A stretch of DNA of 64,000 nt, from NCBI GenBank assembly GCA_045605445.1, contig JAZUPZ010000024.1, positions 1,956 to 65,955 of the forward strand, in the 5' to 3' direction. How positions within the stretch are numbered: the first letter of the stretch is position 1; every line of letters starts with the position of its first letter. This DNA comes from Clostridia bacterium (GTDB taxonomy: Bacteria; Bacillota; Clostridia; RGIG6154). Below, piece by piece: positions 35,193-44,986 of the stretch. The notes beneath the pieces were generated by a model that saw only the letters and a list, made by a program, of their open reading frames with translations, ran no database searches and was not told where the DNA came from. A program made the translations under genes and the position numbers.

Positions 35193-38100
35193 TTACATTG
35201 TGATTTTAACAACCTGTGATTCATCAATCCATTCAACTTTTGCACCGAGAGCTTCTGAAATAAATCTTACGGGAACGAGAGTTCTTCCGTCGATTACTAC
35301 AGGAGCAACGTCGATTTCCTGCGGAACGCCGTTGATGTAGATTGTTTTTTCACCGATTGTAAGCTTAACCTCTGTGGTTGTAATATCCCATGAATCGGAG
35401 GTTACTCTCTTTGCTGTTACTGTCTGGGTTGCTTCGTCCCATTCAACAACTGCACCAACGTCCTCAAAGATTTTTCTCATCGGAACCATTGTTCTGTCAT
35501 TGATAAGCTGAGGTGAAACGTCGAACATTACTGTCTGTCCGTTGATTAAAACTTTAATATCATCTTCTCTTATCTGATAGAAGATGTTTGAATTATCGGG
35601 AGCACCGTAGAAGATACCTCTTCCGCTACCGCCTACATAAATAATACCAAACTGCTGTCTGTCAGCTGCCATCATACCGATAATCGGAATTTTGTGATGA
35701 ACTGTTGTAGATTCATCATAAATCTTTGTCCAATTCTTACCCATATCCTGTGAACGGTAAATTCCGTAAACTCCGCCTTTTGTTGCAACAACATAAATTG
35801 TCATTGGGTCGCCTGCTTTTTCTTCTTTACCGAAAGCAAAATCTACAACTTTATCAAAATCGCCTTCAAGGTATTTAAAGAGGTCGCCCTGTGTTGATGA
35901 ATACATAAGCTTTCCGCCGTTAATTGCAAAGAGATACTTTGTTCCCGGCATTGTTTCGATTTTGCCTGCAGAATCCATTGTTGTGATTGCTTTATATGTT
36001 ACACCGTAGTCTTCGCTCTTATAAAGAGTTTTGTCTGAATTTGACATATAGTAAACGACGTTTGGTTCTTTCTGGTCAACTGTAAGATAAGAAACTCTGT
36101 TCCATTTACTGTCTGCAGGAAAAGCAGGGGCATTTGAAATTGTCCAGGTTTTACCGTTATCAAAAGTTACTGCCGGTGCAGATTTGCCGTACAAAGTATA
36201 TACCGCATAGTTGCCTGTTTCAGGATGAGGCTCATTTGAAACTGCACAGCTGAAAGAATACTGACCTGCAACAGGAGCGGATTCCATCATTCTCCAGTTA
36301 AGACCGTTATCTGTTGAATACCAGCAAACGTCTTTACCTATTCTTACAACATAGTTAGGATTACCTTCTGAGAAAGCTGTTGTAGCAGGGTTTGAGTTTT
36401 TAGGCGGCAACATATTAGGCATATGCTGTGTTACGTCTGTAAATCTTCCGCCCAGGTAGTCGTAAGTATCAACAATAAGTCTTGCGCCTACAGGCAAGGT
36501 GTGAAGATATCTTAAGCAACCGTGTTCTACACCTTTGGTGTAGTTGGTAATTTTAACATTTTCGTCCCAGAGGTTTTCAGTTAAGTAGAAGTTCTGCCAG
36601 CCTGTAAAGCCTGCTCTGTTTTTATTGAACGGGTCCATTGCAATTGTTGTTGTGTTTGCAAAGAAGCCGTTATACTCTACTCTGGGGATGTAGTTATTTC
36701 TGATAAGTGTATCATTTAAAAGTGTCCAGCTTTTACCGCCGTCTATTGACTTGTAAGCATATTCGCCATAAGAACCAACAGGTCCGTGATGCCATGTTGT
36801 AACCATAAGGTTGGAATCTGACGGATATATCATAGAAGTCTGGAAGCGTTTACCTGCAACCGGAGAAACAATTGACCAGGTTCCGTTTTTATTCATTTTG
36901 AAAAGGTCTTTGTTTGTACCGATAAGGATTGTTCCGTCATCAGACATATTGATTGTCCAGATTACTTCAGTTTCAGGAATGTTACATCCGTCAACTCTGC
37001 TCCAGTTTGCACCGTAGTCTTCAGAAACCCAGAGACCTGCACCTGTTGTTCCAAGGTAAATTCTCTTTGAACCCTTGGCATCACCTGAGTTAATATCATA
37101 CAATATACCTCTTGGGCAAACGCCATTCTTTGTTGTTTCAAAAGGAACAGGAATTTCTTCCCAGGTTTTAAAGCCGTCTGTACTTCTTACAAGTCTGCCG
37201 TCCATTGTTGAACACATTACAACGTTTGAGTTGTTAGGGTCAACAGCGATACATTCTTTAGCGTTTCTGTAATCACCGTTTGCGCAGAAATAAGCTGTAA
37301 AGCCTGTATCTTCCCATGTATTACCTCTGTCGTAGGATTTCATTACGTGACCGAGATAATTTTCAGTTTTATTTGCATACATACCAAATGCTATGTATAA
37401 AATATCAGGATTATTGGGGTCAAGAGCCATACCGTCGATACCGAGGGTATAGTCCTGTGCCTGTTTAACAGAAAAGTTGTCTGTTATCGGAATCCATGTG
37501 TAGTTGTTATTATCCCATCTGTATGCGCCACCCATATCTGTACCCATATACATAAGTCCTGCTTCCTTCGGATGGAACAAAAGATGCGTTGAGCAGCCTG
37601 TACCGCCTTCCATAACCTGTCCCCATTCATAGCCTGTTTCAGGCTCTGCTGTAGGTTCAACGTCGTTATAGTTAGGATAAAGAGCGCCCGGAGCTTCGTA
37701 AGGCTGATCGAAAATAATATCAAGAGTATCGATTACGAAATTATAGCCTGAGCTCTTTTCGTTTTTGCCGTCGGGTCTGAATTCAAACCATCTTGTTTCA
37801 CCAAGGTCACAAACTGCTGTGCCGAATTCAATTTCAACGATTTCTTCTGTTGGTGAATACATATCAATTTTTTCACCTACACGAAGGTTTGTGTCTGAGA
37901 ACCAGAGCTGGATAATACCGCAGTCGGGACCTTTTCTTACCTTTGCCTTGATTTTGTACCAGCCTCTCTGCCAGATTGGTGCATAAAGACGGATGTAGTC
38001 ATTAAACACCCATTCTTCACCTTTTGTAGCAATAAGCTGATAAGCCTTTCCGCCGCTAAAAGCAGAATCTTCAATAATTGTAACCTCACCCTGTTTTGCT

Positions 38101-38219
38101 GCAAGTGTAAGGTTTTCTGCTTCATAATAGTCTGCCGCTTTGAGATTTAAAGCTGATACTGAAAATCCCATTGACATAACCATTATTAAAGCAAGAGTCA
38201 AAGAAATAATCTTTTTCAT
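35193..38219 (-). CDS. Secreted GH74-like (BNR/Asp-box propeller) protein with C-terminal copper-amine-oxidase-N domain
   Basis: Signal peptide, GTDMGGAYRWD, several SxDxGxTW boxes, RTMVPMR/RTLVPVRFISEALGAKVEW; start ATG 38219 after AGGAGG. Confidence 0.8.
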   Translation of the reverse strand: MKKIISLTLALIMVMSMGFSVSALNLKAADYYEAENLTLAAKQGEVTIIEDSAFSGGKAYQLIATKGEEWVFNDYIRLYAPIWQRGWYKIKAKVRKGPDCGIIQLWFSDTNLRVGEKIDMYSPTEEIVEIEFGTAVCDLGETRWFEFRPDGKNEKSSGYNFVIDTLDIIFDQPYEAPGALYPNYNDVEPTAEPETGYEWGQVMEGGTGCSTHLLFHPKEAGLMYMGTDMGGAYRWDNNNYTWIPITDNFSVKQAQDYTLGIDGMALDPNNPDILYIAFGMYANKTENYLGHVMKSYDRGNTWEDTGFTAYFCANGDYRNAKECIAVDPNNSNVVMCSTMDGRLVRSTDGFKTWEEIPVPFETTKNGVCPRGILYDINSGDAKGSKRIYLGTTGAGLWVSEDYGANWSRVDGCNIPETEVIWTINMSDDGTILIGTNKDLFKMNKNGTWSIVSPVAGKRFQTSMIYPSDSNLMVTTWHHGPVGSYGEYAYKSIDGGKSWTLLNDTLIRNNYIPRVEYNGFFANTTTIAMDPFNKNRAGFTGWQNFYLTENLWDENVKITNYTKGVEHGCLRYLHTLPVGARLIVDTYDYLGGRFTDVTQHMPNMLPPKNSNPATTAFSEGNPNYVVRIGKDVCWYSTDNGLNWRMMESAPVAGQYSFSCAVSNEPHPETGNYAVYTLYGKSAPAVTFDNGKTWTISNAPAFPADSKWNRVSYLTVDQKEPNVVYYMSNSDKTLYKSEDYGVTYKAITTMDSAGKIETMPGTKYLFAINGGKLMYSSTQGDLFKYLEGDFDKVVDFAFGKEEKAGDPMTIYVVATKGGVYGIYRSQDMGKNWTKIYDESTTVHHKIPIIGMMAADRQQFGIIYVGGSGRGIFYGAPDNSNIFYQIREDDIKVLINGQTVMFDVSPQLINDRTMVPMRKIFEDVGAVVEWDEATQTVTAKRVTSDSWDITTTEVKLTIGEKTIYINGVPQEIDVAPVVIDGRTLVPVRFISEALGAKVEWIDESQVVKITM

Positions 38220-38488
38220 ATGATTTCCTCCTTTTTTGATAATTTTAGAATAACATATATGAAAAAACAAATCAATACTGAATTTGTTTATTTCCTAAAA
38301 AACAGCAATAACACCTAAAAGTGGTGATGTTTTTACTGTTAAAAAAAGATTTTCTCCCCTTAAAATTTATTATAATATAAAAACGCCCTGTTTTCCTTTG
38401 AAATTTTTATCATTTTACCAAAAAACACGAAAATATTGTTGCTTTTTTCACTTCTCTTTGTTAAAATATTTCATAAGGCGGTGATATT

Positions 38489-39307
38489 ATGAGTTCCAAC
38501 GGTGAAAACTTTTGTCTTTTTGAACGGATTGAATATAAAAAAGAACGCCAGATGAACGATTACCATATTCACGATATCTATGAGCTCTATTACCTTGTCA
38601 AAGGAAAGGTAAGCTATTTTGTGGGTAATGAGATTTTTAACCTGAAAGCAGGAGATATGCTTATTACTCCCCCGAACACCTATCACAAAACCAACTATGA
38701 TGACAATCTTGCCATTGAGCGTATACTTTTCGCATTCCCAAAAGAATATATAAATCCTGAGTATTTAATCTACATAAACGAGCTTGAACAGGTAAAGCAC
38801 ATTCAGTTCCCCAAAGACCAGCTTTACAAAATTCAGGAAATTATTAAAAGATTTGAGCATGAACACAACCGCCGGGCTGACGGATATGAAAATATGAAGA
38901 AAGCAATGCTTTCTGAGTTGCTTATTATGATTTCAAGGCTCAGAATGCGGGAAAGCAAAACAAAATTTTCACATTCTTATAAAACAATTCAGGAAGCGGT
39001 GCAATATATAAGCACCAATTACAGCCAGGACTTAACCCTTTCCTGCCTTGCAAAAAGGTTTGCAATGAGCCCTACCCATTTTTCGAGTCAGTTTAAAAAA
39101 ATTACCGGGGTTGGTATGAACGACTATCTGAACATAACACGAATTGTAGCAAGTGAGAAGCTTCTTGAAACCACTGATTTGCCAATTACCAAAATTGCAA
39201 TGGAATGCGGCTTTAACGACAGCAACTACTTTGCCGCAGTATTTAAAAAAATCAAAGGAATTACACCGAAAAAATTTTCGCTTTTGCATAAAAAAACGGT
39301 TCTCTGA
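38489..39307 (+). CDS. AraC-family regulator with cupin sensor
   Basis: HIHDIYELYY cupin, CGFNDSNYFAAVFKKIKGITP; divergent from the GH74-like gene. Confidence 0.9.
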   Translation: MSSNGENFCLFERIEYKKERQMNDYHIHDIYELYYLVKGKVSYFVGNEIFNLKAGDMLITPPNTYHKTNYDDNLAIERILFAFPKEYINPEYLIYINELEQVKHIQFPKDQLYKIQEIIKRFEHEHNRRADGYENMKKAMLSELLIMISRLRMRESKTKFSHSYKTIQEAVQYISTNYSQDLTLSCLAKRFAMSPTHFSSQFKKITGVGMNDYLNITRIVASEKLLETTDLPITKIAMECGFNDSNYFAAVFKKIKGITPKKFSLLHKKTVL

Positions 39308-39332
39308 AAGAACCGTTTTTTATTGTTTTTTC

Positions 39333-40469
39333 TTATTTAACGATTTTGCCGTCGAGGATAACATTTACTACATTTGTCAGTGAAACCAGAATATCTCCGT
39401 CAGTAATTACAAGGTCGGCATCTTTGCCAACTTCAATTGAGCCTACTCTGTCTTCAATTCCAAGCTGCTTTGCCGGATTTATTGTTATCGCCTTTAAAGC
39501 TTCAAAGGCATCCATTCCGTGTTTCACCGCAAGACCTGCACAAACGGGCAGATGTTCAAGCTGGGTAACGGGAGCGTCGGTTGTAATGCTTACTGTTACT
39601 CCTGCCTTTGAAAGAATCCCCGGGGTTTCAAAGGTTTTGTTTGCAAGCTCCGGCTTGCTTGAGTTACACATTGAAGGACCTATTGCAACGGGAACGTTTG
39701 CTCTTTTCAGTTCTTCAACAATTAAGTGTCCTTCGGTGCAATGGTCAATTGTAAGCTTAACGTCAAATTCCTTTGCAATTCTTATAGCTGTGCAGATGTC
39801 ATCTGCTCTGTGAGCATGAGCCTTAAGAGGAATTTCCTTTTTCATTACGGGAATCATTCCCTCAAGCTTCATATCAAATTTAGGCATTTTTGAAGCATCG
39901 CCCTTTGCTGCCTCTTTTTTTTCAAGATAATCTCTTGCATTGAAAAGAAGCTCTCTGAGCTTTGCGGCAGTTGTCATTCTTGAAGCATCAGACTTTGAGC
40001 CATAAATAGTCTTTGGATTTTCACCAAAGGCGCATTTCATTGCAACCTTTTCTTTTATAATCATATCGTCAACGCAGGTGCCCTGAGTTTTTACTGACAT
40101 GAAAGTACCGCCTACAATGTTGGCACTTCCCGGCCCTACACCGATTGTGGTAATACCTGCTTCAAGGGCTCTTTTTAACAAAGGATTAAAAGGATTGAAA
40201 CCGTCGATTGCTCTTAAGTGAGGTGTTAAGATATCATTCTTTTCGTTTATGTCTCCGTTGCCTTTATAGGTTGCAAACTGATTGAGACCAACATGACAAT
40301 GAGCCTCAACAAGACCGGGATAAACATCTCTGCCCTCTGCATCAAGCACTTCGCCCTCGGCTTTAATGTCCTTTTCAATTGCTTTAATTTTGCCGTCTTC
40401 AATTAAAATGTCGGCAATAAAAGGTTCCTTTTCAACCGCATTATGTATTTTTGCATTTTTAATAATTAT
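39333..40469 (-). CDS. Metal-dependent amidohydrolase (probable ATA start)
   Basis: PGLVEAHCH, HAHRADD, IDH, TTDAP, GSIEVGKDAD; the frame extends 40 codons upstream of the track start with the typical xIIKNAKI N-terminus. Confidence 0.85.
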   Translation of the reverse strand: MIIKNAKIHNAVEKEPFIADILIEDGKIKAIEKDIKAEGEVLDAEGRDVYPGLVEAHCHVGLNQFATYKGNGDINEKNDILTPHLRAIDGFNPFNPLLKRALEAGITTIGVGPGSANIVGGTFMSVKTQGTCVDDMIIKEKVAMKCAFGENPKTIYGSKSDASRMTTAAKLRELLFNARDYLEKKEAAKGDASKMPKFDMKLEGMIPVMKKEIPLKAHAHRADDICTAIRIAKEFDVKLTIDHCTEGHLIVEELKRANVPVAIGPSMCNSSKPELANKTFETPGILSKAGVTVSITTDAPVTQLEHLPVCAGLAVKHGMDAFEALKAITINPAKQLGIEDRVGSIEVGKDADLVITDGDILVSLTNVVNVILDGKIVK

Positions 40470-40486
40470 TTTACCATCTCCCTTTT

Positions 40487-41692
40487 TTATTCTTTTATAA
40501 ATTTACCCATTAACAAGCATGCTTTTTCTTCGAAAATTCCCGTTTTTGCACATTCCTTTTCGCAGTATTTATCTACTCCCGCCTCTTCCCTTCTGCTGTC
40601 ATAAATAATGAAAGGAACAGGATCCATAACGTGGGTTTTAACCTTTAAAGGGGTTGGATGGTCGGGCATTACAAGAACTTTGTAATCCTCACCGGTTTTT
40701 TCCATATAGGAAAGAATAGGTCCTACGATTTTTTCGTCAATAAGCTCAATTGAAAGAACCTTGTTTTCAAGCTCGCCTCTGTGACCGCACTCGTCGGGAG
40801 CTTCAAGGTGAACATAAATAAAATCGTTATTTTCAAGAAGCTTTATTGCAGCCTCTGCCTTGCCTTCGAAATTTGTATCAACATTGCCCGTTGCACCTTC
40901 AACGTCGACAGATTCAAGGCCTGCAGAAATTGCAATACCTTTTATAAGGTCAACTGCGGAAACAACGCCGCCTTTAACAGAGTAAAGGCTTTCAAAGGAG
41001 GGCAATACAGCCTTGCTTCCCTCTCCCCATATCCAGATGCTGTTTGCAGGGTTAAGTCCCTTTTTCTTTCTTTCAACATTCACGGGGTGGTTCTTTAAAA
41101 TTTCGTTGCTCTTCTTCATAAATTCAAGAAGCTTTTCCGAGTTTTCTCCGCTCGGGAGATACTCTGTTACTTTTCTCCCTGAGATATCGTGAGGCGGAGT
41201 AAGGGTCATTGTAAGCTTTCCGTTTTTCTGAACAAGAATGTGTCTGTAAGAAAAGCCGGTATAAAAGCTGTAAACATCGTCTTTAAGCTCTTTATTAAGG
41301 GTTTTTATAAGCTCGTCTGCCTCTTTGGTTGAAATTTCTCCCGCAGAGTAGTCTACCATTGTTTTTTCTTCGTAATTTTCCTCTTCGGAAAGGGTTACAA
41401 AGTTTGTTCTGAAGGTTATATCGGTATCTTCAAGCTTAACGCCAACGGAAACTGCCTCTAAAGGAGAACGTCCCGTGTAATACTTAGTAGGGTCATAGCC
41501 CATAACGGAAAGGTTTGCCGTATCAGAGCCGGGCTTCATTCCGTCGGGCACAGTTTTTGCCATACCGCATATGCTCTTTTTTGCAAGGGCATCGATATTA
41601 GGCTTTTTTGCCACATCAAGAGGAGTTTTTCCGCCTAAGGCTTCAACGTCCCAGTCAGCCATTCCGTCGCCAAGAATTGTTATGTACTTCAT
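40487..41692 (-). CDS. apgM: Cofactor-independent phosphoglycerate mutase (ApgM type)
   Basis: GDGMAD, GSDTAN, GRSPLEA, HLEAPDECGH, DHPTP. Confidence 0.88.
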   Translation of the reverse strand: MKYITILGDGMADWDVEALGGKTPLDVAKKPNIDALAKKSICGMAKTVPDGMKPGSDTANLSVMGYDPTKYYTGRSPLEAVSVGVKLEDTDITFRTNFVTLSEEENYEEKTMVDYSAGEISTKEADELIKTLNKELKDDVYSFYTGFSYRHILVQKNGKLTMTLTPPHDISGRKVTEYLPSGENSEKLLEFMKKSNEILKNHPVNVERKKKGLNPANSIWIWGEGSKAVLPSFESLYSVKGGVVSAVDLIKGIAISAGLESVDVEGATGNVDTNFEGKAEAAIKLLENNDFIYVHLEAPDECGHRGELENKVLSIELIDEKIVGPILSYMEKTGEDYKVLVMPDHPTPLKVKTHVMDPVPFIIYDSRREEAGVDKYCEKECAKTGIFEEKACLLMGKFIKE

Positions 41693-41793
41693 AAAAAATC
41701 TATCCTTTCTGCATTATTAAATGCAATATAAAAATCATTACGCAGGTAAGGTCGTGGAAAATTTGTTTCAGATTGTGCATTTGTATGCCCGAA

Positions 41794-41820
41794 GTAGGGG
41801 CGGACGCCTCTGTCCGCCCG
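41794..41820 (+). repeat. GTAG-type REP palindrome
   Basis: Identical 27-mer to 26282-26308. Confidence 0.75.
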
Positions 41821-41826
41821 TGTTTG

Positions 41827-42465
41827 TTAACGAAATAATTTTGAACCAACACGAACCATTGTTGAACCGCATTTTACCGCCGTTTCATAGTCGGCACTCA
41901 TTCCCATTGAAAGAACATCTCCTTCAATGAGATTTTTGCTTTTTAAATTTTCAAATATATCTTTAAGTAAGGTGAAATAAGGCGTTGCATCGTCGGTTAT
42001 GGGAGCCATTCCCATTATTCCTTTTATTTTTATGTTTTTAAACTCTTTAAGCCCGTTTACAAAGGCTTCGGCATTATCAGGTTCAACGCCGAACCTGCCT
42101 TCAATGCCCGTTGAGTTTATCTGAACGAGGCAGTATGTCACAACCCCCTCTTTTTCAGAACGTTTGTTTATTTCCTTTGCAAGCTCAATTGAATCGAGCG
42201 AGTGAACAAGATGGGTTTTTCCTATGATATATTTAACCTTATTTGTCTGCAGATGCCCTATAAGATGCCACCTTATATCCTTTGGAAGGTTTTCCATTTT
42301 TTTAACCATATCCTGAACCTTGTTTTCGCCAAAGTCACGAAGGCCTGCGTTATACGCCTGCATAATTTCCTCTTCGGTATGATATTTGCTCACGGCAATC
42401 AAAGTTACGTTTTCGTTGAGATTTTTTTTAATTTCGGAAATATTTTTTTCAATGCTCAAGTTCAA
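41827..42465 (-). CDS. yggS: PLP homeostasis protein YggS
   Basis: AVSK, FGENKVQ, WHLIGHLQTNK, LSMGMSADY, VRVGS. Confidence 0.93.
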   Translation of the reverse strand: MNLSIEKNISEIKKNLNENVTLIAVSKYHTEEEIMQAYNAGLRDFGENKVQDMVKKMENLPKDIRWHLIGHLQTNKVKYIIGKTHLVHSLDSIELAKEINKRSEKEGVVTYCLVQINSTGIEGRFGVEPDNAEAFVNGLKEFKNIKIKGIMGMAPITDDATPYFTLLKDIFENLKSKNLIEGDVLSMGMSADYETAVKCGSTMVRVGSKLFR

Positions 42466-42637
42466 AACCTCCCCTGTATTTGTTAATTATACCATTATGT
42501 AGTTCAAAAATCAACTCATTTCTTTATAAAGATACCATATGTTGTAACAGGCGAAAAGACTTGATTTTTTTGCAGATTTAGTGTAGAATATAAGTTACTG
42601 TCTACGGAAAATGAAAATATAAGAAAGGATGAAAATA

Positions 42638-43678
42638 ATGTTGGATTTTTTCAAAAGAATGTTCGGATTCGGAACTGATATCGGCATTGATCTGGGAACT
42701 GCAACGGTTCTTGTTTACGTTAAGGATAAGGGCATTGTTATAAGAGAACCTTCTGTTGTTGCTATTGACAAAACAACAGGTCAGGTTATTAAAGTTGGCG
42801 TTGAAGCTCAGGAAATGCTCGGCAGAACCCCGGGCAACATCGTTGCAATACGTCCTCTTCGTGAAGGCGTTATTTCTGACTATGAAACAACAGAAAAAAT
42901 GCTTAAATATTTCCTGTCAAAGGTTAATGCTTCAAAGCTTTTCAAGCCCCGTGTTATCGTTTGCGTTCCAAGCGGCGTAACGGAGGTTGAACAGAGAGCA
43001 GTTATCGATGCTACAATTCACGCAGGCGCAAGAACTGTTCATATTATCGAAGAGCCTATCGCTGCTGCAATCGGCGCAGGTATTGAAATTGAAAAGCCTT
43101 ACGGCTCAATGGTCGTTGATATCGGCGGCGGCACAACCGACATTGCTGTTATTTCCCTCGGCGGAATAGTTGCAAGCGAATCAATTAAGGTTGGCGGCGA
43201 CAAGTTTGACGAAGCAATTGTTAAATATGTTAAAAAGAAATATAATGTTGCAATTGGCGAAAGAACCGCAGAAGAAATTAAAATTCAGGTTGGAAGCGTT
43301 TACTACAGAGATCAGGTTGTAAGCTGTTCCGTTAAAGGACGAAGCCTTATTTCAGGCCTTCCCCAGACTATTACAATTTCATCTGAGGAAACCTTTGAAG
43401 CCCTTGAAGAGCCCGTTTCACAGATTTGCGAAACAATTCACGGCGTTATGGAGCAAACCCCTCCGGAGCTTATCGGCGATATTTCCACAAGAGGTATTAT
43501 CTTAACCGGTGGCGGAGCTCTTATTTACGGACTGGACAAGCTCCTTCAGAGAGAAACAGGAATTAAGGTTGAAGTTGCAAACGACGCTGTTTCCTGCGTT
43601 GCTCTGGGCACGGGTACTGCCCTTGCTCATATTGAAGACCTTGGCTCTCTTGCCAAAACAAGATATCAGAGAGGTTAA
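42638..43678 (+). CDS. mreB: Rod shape-determining protein MreB/Mbl
   Basis: IGIDLGTA, EPSVVA, EEPIAAAIGAG, VDIGGGTTD, LTGGGA. Confidence 0.9.
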   Translation: MLDFFKRMFGFGTDIGIDLGTATVLVYVKDKGIVIREPSVVAIDKTTGQVIKVGVEAQEMLGRTPGNIVAIRPLREGVISDYETTEKMLKYFLSKVNASKLFKPRVIVCVPSGVTEVEQRAVIDATIHAGARTVHIIEEPIAAAIGAGIEIEKPYGSMVVDIGGGTTDIAVISLGGIVASESIKVGGDKFDEAIVKYVKKKYNVAIGERTAEEIKIQVGSVYYRDQVVSCSVKGRSLISGLPQTITISSEETFEALEEPVSQICETIHGVMEQTPPELIGDISTRGIILTGGGALIYGLDKLLQRETGIKVEVANDAVSCVALGTGTALAHIEDLGSLAKTRYQRG

Positions 43679-43700
43679 TTTCGTCAAAGAAAATTAACTC

Positions 43701-43729
43701 TTGACAAAAAATGTAATTTCAGCTATAAT
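43701..43729 (+). promoter_or_regulatory. Sigma-A promoter of rpsF-ssb-rpsR
   Basis: TTGACA-N17-TATAAT. Confidence 0.85.
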
Positions 43730-43751
43730 TATATGGTTGAATTTATATTCA

Positions 43752-43800
43752 ATATCCTTACCTGTATATAAGGTACAGGTCAAAAGTCCAAAGGGAGGTG
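43752..43800 (+). promoter_or_regulatory. Probable S6:S18 autoregulatory leader
   Basis: TCCTT pairing with the GGGA of the RBS, internal ACCTGTA/TACAGGT stem, directly before rpsF; resembles the known rpsF leader. Confidence 0.55.
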
Positions 43801-43807
43801 TAAAGAA

Positions 43808-44104
43808 ATGGTTAAAATTAACAAGTATGAAACAATATTTATTATTGATTCAACAAAGACTGAAGAACAGATTGCAGCCTTAACTGAAAAATTCAAATCA
43901 TTGATTTCCGCTTCAGGTGAAATCGTAAAGGTTGACGAATGGGGCAAAAGAAGACTTGCTTACCCAATCAACGATTTAACTGAAGGTTACTATGTTTTGG
44001 TTGAATTCACAGCTGCTCCTGAATTCCCGGCTGAACTTAACAGACAGTTCAAGATTACAGACGGAATTCTCAGATACATTGTTATCAACAAGGAAGAGAA
44101 ATAA
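43808..44104 (+). CDS. rpsF: 30S ribosomal protein S6
   Basis: KYETIFI, WGKRRLAYPI, EGYY. Confidence 0.97.
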   Translation: MVKINKYETIFIIDSTKTEEQIAALTEKFKSLISASGEIVKVDEWGKRRLAYPINDLTEGYYVLVEFTAAPEFPAELNRQFKITDGILRYIVINKEEK

Positions 44105-44122
44105 GAAAGGTAAGGTGTTATT

Positions 44123-44566
44123 ATGCTTAATAAAGTAGTTTTAATGGGCAGATTAACAAGAGATCCCGAATTGAGATACACTCCTTCAAACGTTGCGGTT
44201 GCAACCTTTTCTCTTGCCGTTGACAGAAACTATGCAAGAGCAGGTGAACAGCGTCAGACTGATTTTATCAATATTGTCGCTTGGAGAACCACAGCAGAGT
44301 TTGTTGCCAAGTATTTCACAAAAGGACAGCTTGTGGCACTTTGCGGAAAATTACAGACCAGAACATGGGATGATGCAGAGGGTAAAAAACGTTATGTGAC
44401 AGAAGTTGTTGCAGACGAAGTATTCTTTGCAGAAGGAAAAAGGGACGGTTCAGCTCCTGCAGCTCAGAGCTATACAACAGCTCCGCAGGCTCAGCAGACG
44501 GCCCCACAGGCAGAATCTAACGACGATTTCGCTATTATGCCTGATGACGATGATTTACCATTTTAA
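44123..44566 (+). CDS. ssb: Single-stranded DNA-binding protein
   Basis: NKVVLMGRLTRDPELRYT; C-terminal DDDLPF. Confidence 0.97.
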   Translation: MLNKVVLMGRLTRDPELRYTPSNVAVATFSLAVDRNYARAGEQRQTDFINIVAWRTTAEFVAKYFTKGQLVALCGKLQTRTWDDAEGKKRYVTEVVADEVFFAEGKRDGSAPAAQSYTTAPQAQQTAPQAESNDDFAIMPDDDDLPF

Positions 44567-44582
44567 ACAGGAGGTGTAGTAA

Positions 44583-44834
44583 ATGTCAGAAGTTAAAGAA
44601 TATAAAGATAAGATCAGAATGAGAAAACCTAAGAAAAAGGTTTGTCAGTTCTGTCAGGATAAAGTTCAGCTTATTGACTATAAAGATACAATGAAACTTA
44701 AGAGATTTGTTTCTGAAAGATCTAAAATTCTTCCAAGAAGAATTACAGGTACTTGTGCAAAGCACCAGAGACAGCTCACAGAAGCTATTAAGAGAGCAAG
44801 ACATATCGCGCTTCTCCCTTACAGCAACGATTGA
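44583..44834 (+). CDS. rpsR: 30S ribosomal protein S18 (Cys-containing form)
   Basis: [25 protein letters not shown]. Confidence 0.97.
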   Translation: MSEVKEYKDKIRMRKPKKKVCQFCQDKVQLIDYKDTMKLKRFVSERSKILPRRITGTCAKHQRQLTEAIKRARHIALLPYSND

Positions 44835-44839
44835 TTTTT

Positions 44840-44868
44840 AAAAAGCATCCGAAACGGATGCTTTTTTT
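44840..44868 (+). terminator. Intrinsic terminator of the rpsF operon
   Basis: AAAAAGCATCC-GAAAC-GGATGCTTTTTTT. Confidence 0.85.
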
Positions 44869-44882
44869 AGTTAATAGATAAG

Positions 44883-44933
44883 AGATAATAGTTAATAGAA
44901 ATTGAACAAAGCCGAAACGGCTTTGTTTTTATT
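44883..44933. repeat. Left direct repeat flanking the membrane-protein gene
   Basis: AGATAATAGTTAATAGAAAxTGxACAAAGCCGA...CGGCTTTGTTTTTATT, repeated at 45893-45951. Confidence 0.7.
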
Positions 44934-44986
44934 GCAATTTACGTATTTTTGTAGTATCATTATATACATAAAGTGAGGTACATAAA

